Shown one piece after another: positions 15,788 through 23,525 of a stretch of DNA of 38,512 bases. The stretch is from Victivallales bacterium Lenti_02 (GTDB lineage Bacteria; Verrucomicrobiota; Lentisphaeria; Oligosphaerales; Lenti-02), in NCBI GenBank assembly GCA_001603055.1, contig LVAZ01000131.1, forward strand, positions 1 to 38,512. The letters are read 5' to 3'. The position numbers were made by a program, and so were the translations under genes. Each line of letters begins with the position of its first letter. The stretch's first letter is position 1. Below the pieces are notes generated by a model. It searched no databases. It was not told the origin of the DNA and saw nothing but the letters and a program-made list of their open reading frames with translations.

Positions 15788-18124
15788 ATGCACGAATCTC
15801 GCCATCCGCACTCCCATATCGATCCCCGCCAGCCCCGCAACCAGGCGGCAATCCGCACGAATCCGCCGGTCTTCGCCTGGAAAGCGCAGCTTGAGCAGGG
15901 GCCATTCCGGTTGCAGGTGGCGCGGGACGACTCCTTCGCCCAGCCCGTCGTCGAGGCGGAAAATCTCCGCGATCCGGTCTTCCTGCCGACCGAAGCGCTG
16001 CCGCCGGGAGACTACGTCTGGCGCTGGCAGGGACAGGGTGTCGAGGGGGAAACCTTCTCCTTCACCGTGCCAGCGGACACGGTCGAATTGCCGGTTCCAC
16101 CCGTGGGCGAATGGCTCGAACGGATCGGCCCGGGCCACCCGCGCCTATACCTTTCCGGCGAGCGTCAGGCCCACATCCGGGCCTCCCTGGCGGGCGAATA
16201 CGCCGCTTCCTGGGCCGAGGTCAAACCCGTGGCGGAGCAATTGCTCCTGGAGAGCCGCGAAATCGAGGAACCGCCCTATCTGCCGGACCGCCAGCTCGAC
16301 TACAACGCCTACATCAAGGCCTTCGGCAAGGCCATGTGGGACTCCCGCGCCTTCGTGGCCAATTCCCAGACCCTCGCCCTCGCCTATGTCCTCAGCGGCG
16401 ACCGCCGCTACGCCCGCGCCGCCTGCGAGCGCATGGCCTCGATCTGCCGCTGGAATCCCGACGGCTCGACCCATCTGGCCCACAACGACGAACCCCACAT
16501 GTCCGTCATCTGGCACGGGCCGACCACCTGCGACTGGATTTTCGACGAGTTCACCGAGGCGGAACGGGAACTCGTTCTAAACCAGTACCGGCGGCGGGGC
16601 CAGATCACCTTCGAGCACATGCACGACCGGGGCTGCTACGGGGTGACCCGTTTCGACTCCCACGCCGGCCGCGAGATCGTCTTCCTCGCCATGACCGCCC
16701 TCGCCTTCCACGAGCATATTCCGGAGGCGGCGACCTGGCTGGAATGGCTGCGGCCCGTCCTCTGCGGCATCTGGCCGGTCTGGGCCGGCGACGACGGGGC
16801 CTGGGCCGAGGGGCCGTCCTATGGTCTGGCCTACGTCGAGATCATGACCATGTTCGCGACGGCCCTCAAGCACGGGGCGGGCATTGATCTGTTCCAACGG
16901 CCCTTCTGGCGGGGCCACGCCCGCTGGCGGCAGGCATGCTTTCCCTCCTATGCCGAATGGATCGGATTCGGGGACCATACCGAACGCTGGGCCAGCACCT
17001 GGATCGCCAACGCCGAGCTGGTCGAGCGCATCGGTGCCGAGACGGGAACCGGGGAATTCGCCGATTACGTGCGCCAGATGCGGACCGAGGCCGCAGCTTG
17101 TCCCCCGCGCGAGGATGTGGGCTTCATTCCGATGAATCCCATGCCCATTCTCTTCCCCCGTTCGGATGCCGCCACCCCCGCCACTGCTCCGGTGCCAACC
17201 CTGCGGGTGTTCCCGACGGCGGGCTGGGGTGCCTTCCGCACGAATCCGGCGGAGGCGGCGCAGGACATCGCCATGATCGTGCGCTCCAGCCCGTTCGGCT
17301 CCATCAGCCATGCCCACGCCAACCAGAACGACTTTATCCTCCATGCGGGCGGCACGGTCCTCGCCATGCCCAGCGGCTATTACGACGGCTACGCCTCCCC
17401 CCATCACGCCAACTGGGTCTGGCACACCAAGAGCCACAACTGCCTGACCCTCTCCGACGCCGGGCAGATCATGCGTTCCCCTCTCTCGACTGGGGCGCTG
17501 GAAGCGGTCTTCGAGGACGACCGGCTCGCCTATGTGCGCGGCACGGCGGATGCCGCCTATGCCGACCGGGCCGACCGCTGCCGCCGCCATTTCCTCTACC
17601 TCAAGGACCATCGCTGTTTCCTCCTGGTGGACGAGTTCGCGGCCAAGCCGGGCATCGTCTCCACGCCTCAGTGGAACCTCCATTCCTGGGCGAGATTCAC
17701 GGTCGACGAGGACGCCCGCAGCTTCTCCTGCGCCCGGCTCGACGCCCGGCTCGACGGCTTTGTCCTCTTCCACCGGGTCGGCTTCTTCACCCTCGCCGAG
17801 GGGTGGGAGCCGCCGCCGCGCCAGTCGGTCCGCGCCAGCCAATGGCATCCGCAATACCACCTCCGGTTCAGTCCCTCCGGCCTGCCCAACCGGTTGTCTC
17901 TCGGCGTGCTGCTCCGCCCGTCCGCTCCCGCCCTGCCCCCCTGCCCTGTCCGGACCGACTTGGTGGACGGCGTCGAGGTGGCGGAACTTGGCGCCGACCG
18001 GATTTACCTGTCGGGCTATCATGGCGTGAACTGCGCGGCCATGAAGGGCGACGGGCTGGCGGTCCTGCTGCTCGGCGGTGCCCGCTACGACCTGACTCCC
18101 GAGGGCGTCGCCTGCCGGAACTAG
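15788..18124 (+). CDS. DUF4962 + heparinase II/III-like polysaccharide/oligouronide lyase, no signal peptide
   Basis: 778 aa. The N-terminal 'NPPVFAWKA...FRLQVARDDSF' is typical of DUF4962. The C-terminal 'SISHAHANQNDFILHAGG' and 'WHTKSHNCLTL' are typical of the heparinase II/III C-domain. ATG 15788 is 8 nt after GGAG. Confidence 0.85.
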   Translation: MHESRHPHSHIDPRQPRNQAAIRTNPPVFAWKAQLEQGPFRLQVARDDSFAQPVVEAENLRDPVFLPTEALPPGDYVWRWQGQGVEGETFSFTVPADTVELPVPPVGEWLERIGPGHPRLYLSGERQAHIRASLAGEYAASWAEVKPVAEQLLLESREIEEPPYLPDRQLDYNAYIKAFGKAMWDSRAFVANSQTLALAYVLSGDRRYARAACERMASICRWNPDGSTHLAHNDEPHMSVIWHGPTTCDWIFDEFTEAERELVLNQYRRRGQITFEHMHDRGCYGVTRFDSHAGREIVFLAMTALAFHEHIPEAATWLEWLRPVLCGIWPVWAGDDGAWAEGPSYGLAYVEIMTMFATALKHGAGIDLFQRPFWRGHARWRQACFPSYAEWIGFGDHTERWASTWIANAELVERIGAETGTGEFADYVRQMRTEAAACPPREDVGFIPMNPMPILFPRSDAATPATAPVPTLRVFPTAGWGAFRTNPAEAAQDIAMIVRSSPFGSISHAHANQNDFILHAGGTVLAMPSGYYDGYASPHHANWVWHTKSHNCLTLSDAGQIMRSPLSTGALEAVFEDDRLAYVRGTADAAYADRADRCRRHFLYLKDHRCFLLVDEFAAKPGIVSTPQWNLHSWARFTVDEDARSFSCARLDARLDGFVLFHRVGFFTLAEGWEPPPRQSVRASQWHPQYHLRFSPSGLPNRLSLGVLLRPSAPALPPCPVRTDLVDGVEVAELGADRIYLSGYHGVNCAAMKGDGLAVLLLGGARYDLTPEGVACRN

Positions 18125-18235
18125 CCGCGATTTCCCGCCCGGCGTTTGCACACCGCGAGAATGGGGTTATCGTCGGCCCCTTCAATCTTGTTCCGTTTTT
18201 TCTTGAACAAATCAGAACCAAGGAAGACCAGACAG

Positions 18236-18919
18236 ATGAACCAAATCCGCAGAGTTGCATCCTTCACCCTGATCGAGCTGCTGGTGGTAATCGCGATCAT
18301 CGCCATTCTAGCCTCGATGCTGCTGCCCGCCCTCCAGCAGGCGCGGGAGAAGGCCCGGCAGATCAGTTGCACCAGCAACCTCAAGCAGATCGGCCTTGGC
18401 AGCATCATGTACGCCAACGACAACAACGACCGCTGGCCCCTCAACCAGTGGAGCGGCGACACCGTTCCCACCTTCACCTACCACTTCAAGAACATTGACG
18501 GCACCTCGATCGTCTCCCGCCACCGCCCCTGGTATTGGCACATCTACAACTACGTCAACGACTCGAAAATCTTCGTCTGCCCCTCCAGCACCGCCGTCAG
18601 CCTCGAAAGCAACTACGGCTACAACCGCTATCTGGGCAACGACCAGAACAACTCGAGCTACACCCCAAACACCATCAGCGGCCTGACCCAACCCAGCTTC
18701 CGCTTCATCGCCGGCGACGGCAACTACTGCTTCTGGGACGACTATTCCGACTGGGGACGCATGCTCGAACGCCACAACGCGCAGATGAACCTCGCCTTTG
18801 CCGACGGTCACGCGGAATCCATGCGTCGGCAGAATTTCATGCACCAGCCCCAGCGCATGCATCCTAGCCGCACCGTCTGGCGCGTCAGCGGCACCAGCTA
18901 CACCGACCCGCCGCTGTAA
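18236..18919 (+). CDS. prepilin-type N-terminal domain, H-X9-DG family protein (pseudopilin-like), paralogue A
   Basis: The N-terminus is '[24 protein letters not shown]'. The C-terminal '[13 protein letters not shown]' is an exact H-X9-DG motif (TIGR04294-type). The start is ATG 18236. Confidence 0.9.
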   Translation: MNQIRRVASFTLIELLVVIAIIAILASMLLPALQQAREKARQISCTSNLKQIGLGSIMYANDNNDRWPLNQWSGDTVPTFTYHFKNIDGTSIVSRHRPWYWHIYNYVNDSKIFVCPSSTAVSLESNYGYNRYLGNDQNNSSYTPNTISGLTQPSFRFIAGDGNYCFWDDYSDWGRMLERHNAQMNLAFADGHAESMRRQNFMHQPQRMHPSRTVWRVSGTSYTDPPL

Positions 18920-19050
18920 CCAGTTCGATAGGCGGTTGTTCGGAAAAATACACGCCGGTGGTGTTGCATTCCTCTTGGCGATGGGTTACTCTGAATTAGT
19001 CAATCCCCTTGGTTTTGCTCGTTTCGATTTGGCAACGAAAGGACAGAAAC

Positions 19051-19713
19051 ATGGACCGGAATTTCAAAAGGTTGAAGTTCTTCACCCTAATCGAGTTGCT
19101 GGTGGTGATCGCGATCATCGCCATCCTGGCTTCGATGCTGCTGCCAGCACTCCAGCAGGCGCGGGAGAAGGCTCGGCAGATCAGTTGCGCGGCCAACCTC
19201 AAACAGGTCGGCCTGGGCAGTCTGATGTATGCCAACGACAACAACGACCGCTATCCCCGCAACACCTGGAGTTCCGACACGGCCCTCAATCTCACCTACC
19301 ACTTCAACAATGTCAACGGTGCATCCATCACCTCGCCCCATCGGCCGTGGTTCTGGCACATCTACGACTACGTGAAGGATGTGAAGGTGTTCGTCTGTCC
19401 GTCGAGCACCAGCAACAGCGTGTGGAGCGATTACGGCTTCAACCGCTTTCTTGGCGACTGGAGTCCCGGCACCATCACCGGCATCAGCCAGGCCAGCTAC
19501 CGGATTCTGGCGGGCGACGGCAATTCCTCCTGGTGGGACGACCATTCCGACTGGCCGCGCATGGTCGAACGCCACAACAACCAGATCAATCTGGTTTTCT
19601 GCGACGGTCACGTCGAGTCCATGAAAAAACTGAATTTCTGGACCCAGCCCGACCGCATGCATCCCACCAAGACGGCCTGGCGCAATGCCGGCGCCAACAT
19701 GACCAATCCGTAG
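19051..19713 (+). CDS. prepilin-type N-terminal domain, H-X9-DG family protein (pseudopilin-like), paralogue B
   Basis: It has the same N-terminal block and '[13 protein letters not shown]'. The first ~330 nt of the two coding sequences are clearly homologous to paralogue A at DNA level, aligned by eye. Confidence 0.9.
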   Translation: MDRNFKRLKFFTLIELLVVIAIIAILASMLLPALQQAREKARQISCAANLKQVGLGSLMYANDNNDRYPRNTWSSDTALNLTYHFNNVNGASITSPHRPWFWHIYDYVKDVKVFVCPSSTSNSVWSDYGFNRFLGDWSPGTITGISQASYRILAGDGNSSWWDDHSDWPRMVERHNNQINLVFCDGHVESMKKLNFWTQPDRMHPTKTAWRNAGANMTNP

Positions 19714-19738
19714 CCCGGATTGTCAACCTGTTCCCGAT

Positions 19739-19764
19739 GCCCCGCCCATCCGGCGGGGCGTTTT
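19739..19764 (+). terminator. rho-independent terminator after pseudopilin gene B
   Basis: An 8-bp stem pairs gccccgcc (19739-19746) with ggcggggc (19752-19759) around a 5-nt loop. A tttt tract follows at 19761-19764 and overlaps the stop codon of the convergent FNT gene. Confidence 0.65.
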
Positions 19765-20615
19765 CATTTCCGGGAGGACGCCTCACGCCGCTGCCGCCAG
19801 AGGTAGACCAGTTGGCGGATGCGGTTGGGATGGATGGCGAGGATGAAGATGCCGCCCACGCAGTTGCCGAGAGTGACCGGAATCAGGTTGTCGAACATGG
19901 CGAGCTGCTGGCCCAGCGGTCTGGCCTCCGCCAGCATGCCGAGGGGAATCAGGTACATGTTGGCCACGCAATGCTCGAAACCGCAGGCCACGAAGGTCAT
20001 GATCGGGAAGACGCAGCAGGCGATCTTGGAGATGATGTCCTTGGACATGGTCGCCATGATGATGGCCAGGATGACCAGGATATTGCACAGAATCCCCCGG
20101 CAGAAGGCCTCGCCGAAGGGCATCGCCACCTTGGCCTGCGCCACCTGGACTGCCAACCGGCCCAGACTGTTCAGCGTTCCTTGGGAGCCCGGCAGACCGC
20201 TCCCCCACACCAGCGCGGCCAAGCCATAGGCACCCACGAAATTCCCCACATACACGGCCCCCCAGTTGCGCAGGGTCTTGCGCAGGGAGATCAGGCCGGT
20301 CATCGTCCCCACCACCAGAATGATGTTGCCCGTGAACAGTTCCGCCCCCGCCACCACCACCAGCACCAAGCCCACGCTGAACACGGTGCCGCCGACAATC
20401 GGCCCGGCCCCCTGGCTCAACGCCACCAGAAACACATGCCCGCCAAGCCCGATGTAAATGCCGGCCAGCACCCCGAGAATCAGCAACTGCCACAGCCGCG
20501 TGTTCGCCTTCTTGATCCCCAACAGCGAAATCCGCCCGCCCAGCTCCTTCTGGGTGAGCGTCGGCTGATACTCCGCCGAAGGTCCCGAGGCTGTGTTTCC
20601 ATCGGTGGTTGCCAT
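19764..20615 (-). CDS. formate/nitrite transporter (FNT) family channel
   Basis: 'LGVLAGIYIGLGG', 'VGLVLVVVAGAELFTGN', 'WGAVYVGNFVGA' and 'GFEHCVANMY' are typical of FocA/NirC-type channels. I preferred ATG 20615 because GGGAG lies 5 nt upstream. An in-frame GTG at 20621 is also possible. Confidence 0.9.
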   Translation of the reverse strand: MATTDGNTASGPSAEYQPTLTQKELGGRISLLGIKKANTRLWQLLILGVLAGIYIGLGGHVFLVALSQGAGPIVGGTVFSVGLVLVVVAGAELFTGNIILVVGTMTGLISLRKTLRNWGAVYVGNFVGAYGLAALVWGSGLPGSQGTLNSLGRLAVQVAQAKVAMPFGEAFCRGILCNILVILAIIMATMSKDIISKIACCVFPIMTFVACGFEHCVANMYLIPLGMLAEARPLGQQLAMFDNLIPVTLGNCVGGIFILAIHPNRIRQLVYLWRQRREASSRK

Positions 20616-20639
20616 ATTCACTCCCGCCAGATTGTGGGT

Positions 20640-21233
20640 TTATTCCGCCAGCCAGCCTTGGCGGACGGCGTCGTCGATGAGGGTCTGCGCCAGTTCCCGG
20701 AAGGCGGGACTGGCCTTCTCCAGGTCGGGCAGCAGGCGCTGGCCCACCTGTTCCCGGCGGATGCCGTGCTCCAGCCAGCTCCGGCCCCGGGTGTGATGGT
20801 TGTGCAGCAGGGGCATCAGCCGGTCCATCCCCTTGGCGAACCGGGCCTCGGGGGTCTCCCCGGCCTCGAATTCCTCCCAGGCGGCGCGCAACTCCAGCGC
20901 CTGATCGGCGGGCAGCAGACCGAAAATCCGGTCGGCGGCAAGCCGCTCGCGCTCGTCCTTGGCGGCGTTGGCCGCCGGATCGTAGAAATAGGCGTCGCCC
21001 GCGTCGATCTCGACCAGATCGTGGACCAGCAGCAGGCGCACCACCCGCGCCCAGTCCGTCCCCGGCGGCGCATGCTCGGCCAGCACCACGGCCATCAGCG
21101 CCACATGCCAGCTATGCTCCGCCGAGTTCTCCTTGCGCTCGCCCCCGAGCACATAGGACTGGCGGAACACCCCCTTCAGGCGGTCCACTTCGAGCAGAAA
21201 CTCCACCTGTCGCGCCAAACGCTCGCTGACCAT
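20640..21233 (-). CDS. HD-domain phosphohydrolase (YfbR / HD_3-like)
   Basis: 'NSAEHSWHVALMA' and 'LLVHDLVEIDAGD' give the H...HD...D metal-binding pattern of YfbR-like 5'-nucleotidases. Confidence 0.8.
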   Translation of the reverse strand: MVSERLARQVEFLLEVDRLKGVFRQSYVLGGERKENSAEHSWHVALMAVVLAEHAPPGTDWARVVRLLLVHDLVEIDAGDAYFYDPAANAAKDERERLAADRIFGLLPADQALELRAAWEEFEAGETPEARFAKGMDRLMPLLHNHHTRGRSWLEHGIRREQVGQRLLPDLEKASPAFRELAQTLIDDAVRQGWLAE

Positions 21234-21234
21234 G

Positions 21235-21798
21235 CTAGAAATCCGGCGTGTGCTTGAACTGGTAGACGAGAAACTCCTTCACGTCCGGCGACCGGGCCAG
21301 TTGTCCGGCGCACCAGAGGTAAACCAGGGAGAAGACCACATAGGCCATGATTTGGACCGCGTTCATGGCCACCTCGCTGCGCAGCACCACCACCGCCTCG
21401 AACAACCCGGCGCAACCGGCCAGCAGCGTGCTGCCCGCCCCCAGCCAGCGCGCCCACGGGCGACCGTACCAGAGATGATAGGCCAGCCAGGCGGCGTACA
21501 TGGTGCCCAGAAGCACCAGCCAGTCCGGCCTCAGCCAGAACAGACTGACCGCGCTGTAGGCGAGCAGGGGCGCGGGAATGGCCCCGCAAATCAGGCCCGT
21601 CACGATCCGCCCGTTCCGCTGGCGGGCCGTCATCTGCGTTTCCATCACCTGATTGTAGACCGGCCGCCCGTCCGTCTTGGCCTCGCCGAGATAGGTGGCT
21701 TCGCCCCGCTCCTCGTCCCGCGAGGGATGCCCGCAGGCGGGACAGATGTTCCGGCTGAAAATCACGTCGGTCTTGCAGTGGGGACACTTTTGAATCAT
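21235..21798 (-). CDS. zinc-ribbon membrane protein, function unknown
   Basis: The N-terminal 'CPHCK...x11...CPACG' forms a zinc ribbon, followed by about four hydrophobic helices. Its stop is 1 nt from the ATG of the HD gene. Confidence 0.6.
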   Translation of the reverse strand: MIQKCPHCKTDVIFSRNICPACGHPSRDEERGEATYLGEAKTDGRPVYNQVMETQMTARQRNGRIVTGLICGAIPAPLLAYSAVSLFWLRPDWLVLLGTMYAAWLAYHLWYGRPWARWLGAGSTLLAGCAGLFEAVVVLRSEVAMNAVQIMAYVVFSLVYLWCAGQLARSPDVKEFLVYQFKHTPDF

Positions 21799-21954
21799 GC
21801 GCCAAAGATTCCGAAAACCACAATCGTTCAGGGTGGCTGGAATATAGCTCGAAAACCCTTGGCTCGCCCAGGTATCCGGAAGGTTCCAGTTGAACCCGGC
21901 CGACTTGGCGATACTTTTCCGCCTTTTCGTCCCTTACATTTCGCAAAGGTTCCC

Positions 21955-22296
21955 ATGCACGTCTCCGCCGTTCTCGATGCCTACGCCCAGCGCGGCACCA
22001 ATTGCGCGCAAGCCGTTCTGCGCGGATTCCAGCACGTTTTCGCCATTCCCGAGGAGCGGATCGGGGCCGCCGCCGCACATGGCGGCGGACGGGCGCCCGA
22101 GGGACGCTGCGGCGCGCTCCATTCCGCCCTGGAACTGCTCGCCACGGCGGAGGAGCGGCAGGCCATGCAGGAGGAATTCCACCGCCAGGCCGGTGCCGTG
22201 ACCTGCCGGGAAGTCCGCAGCCTGCGACGGCTGAGCTGCCAGGACTGCGTCCGTCTCGCCGCCGTTCTCGTCCAGGATCGGCTGTCCGGACGCTAA
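21955..22296 (+). CDS. C_GCAxxG_C_C family (putative redox-active) small protein
   Basis: 113 aa. 'GTNCAQAVLRGF', 'GRCGALHSA' and a C-terminal 'C..C' match the family pattern. Only the last third of track ORF 21232-22296 is used. Confidence 0.6.
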   Translation: MHVSAVLDAYAQRGTNCAQAVLRGFQHVFAIPEERIGAAAAHGGGRAPEGRCGALHSALELLATAEERQAMQEEFHRQAGAVTCREVRSLRRLSCQDCVRLAAVLVQDRLSGR

Positions 22297-22325
22297 CTCG
22301 TCCGAACCGGAAAGAACAACGCCCC

Positions 22326-23525
22326 ATGTCTGCTGCCAAACACCGTTTCGAGGGCTGGGATGGACTGCGCTTCTTCCTGGTCTTCGTCGCGCTCTATCTG
22401 CCCTTTTCCGTCTGCACGCCATATCTGCAAAAGCTCCTGGTGCTGCGCGGGTTCGACAAAACCGAAGTGGGCGTGATTCTGGGGTTTTTCGAGTGCATGG
22501 CGGTGCTGGCGCCGCCGGTCTGGGGCTATCTGGTGGACCGCACCGGCCGCCCCAGGCTGGTCCTCGGGCTGGCGGTGCTGGGAACGGCCCCGAGCTTTCT
22601 CCTCTTCGGCCTGACCAATGCCCTCTGGGTCGCGGTGCCCATCGCCGTGCTGTTCGGCTTGTTCTACCGGTCAGTCATTCCCCTCACCGACGGCATCACC
22701 TTCCGCTATCTGCATGATCGGCCCGGCGACTACGGACGCATCCGCATCGGCGGCTCGACCGGATTCATCTCCGGCGTGCTGATCCTCGAAATCGTGGGCA
22801 TTTCGCGGGCCGGATCGAGCCGGATGATTCTGGCGGCCTTGGTCGCGGCCAGCCTCGTCCACCTGGCCAGTGTGCTGTTCATCCTGCCCGAATCAGGTCC
22901 CTCGGAAAAGAAAACCGGCCATGATCCAGGAAAGCCGGCCGGCCCCGCTCCCCATCTTCGGGACTTGCTCTCCCGCTCCTTCCTCTGCTTCACCTTCGCC
23001 GCCTTTCTGGGACGGCTCGCCATGATGGCGTACTACAGTTTTTTCACCCTGTTTCTCGCCGACCGTTTCGGCTTCAATAGCCCTGGCCTGCTCTGGATCA
23101 TCGGTCCGCTCAGCGAAATGCCGGTGATCTTCTTCAGCCGCCGGATCATCGACCGCATCGGGGCGCGCAACTTCTTCGCCCTGGGGCTGGGGGGTATCGC
23201 CGTGCGCCTGATCGGGTTCGCCGCCGCCACCCAGGTCTGGATGCTCATCCCCCTGCAACTGCTTCATTCCCTGACCTTCGGGGCCTTCCACACCGCCAGC
23301 GTCACCTATGTGAGCCGCTGCGTGCCGCGCGAACTCCAGGGGACCGCCCAGACCACCTTCGCGGCCATCACCACCGGCGGCGGGGGAATCGTGGGCAGCG
23401 TCCTCGGCGGCTACGTCGCCCAGCATTACGGCTTCCCCGCCCTCTATACCGGAGCCGGCCTCCTGGCCATCGTCTCGCTGGCCTTCCTGCTGGCCACCGT
23501 GCCCATGCTGAAGACCCGGTCCTAG
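22326..23525 (+). CDS. MFS transporter (MFS_1_like / PPP-HcaT-like)
   Basis: 399 aa with about 12 TM segments. 'APPVWGYLVDRTGRPR' lies in the loop 2-3 position typical of MFS. The start is ATG 22326. Confidence 0.8.
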   Translation: MSAAKHRFEGWDGLRFFLVFVALYLPFSVCTPYLQKLLVLRGFDKTEVGVILGFFECMAVLAPPVWGYLVDRTGRPRLVLGLAVLGTAPSFLLFGLTNALWVAVPIAVLFGLFYRSVIPLTDGITFRYLHDRPGDYGRIRIGGSTGFISGVLILEIVGISRAGSSRMILAALVAASLVHLASVLFILPESGPSEKKTGHDPGKPAGPAPHLRDLLSRSFLCFTFAAFLGRLAMMAYYSFFTLFLADRFGFNSPGLLWIIGPLSEMPVIFFSRRIIDRIGARNFFALGLGGIAVRLIGFAAATQVWMLIPLQLLHSLTFGAFHTASVTYVSRCVPRELQGTAQTTFAAITTGGGGIVGSVLGGYVAQHYGFPALYTGAGLLAIVSLAFLLATVPMLKTRS

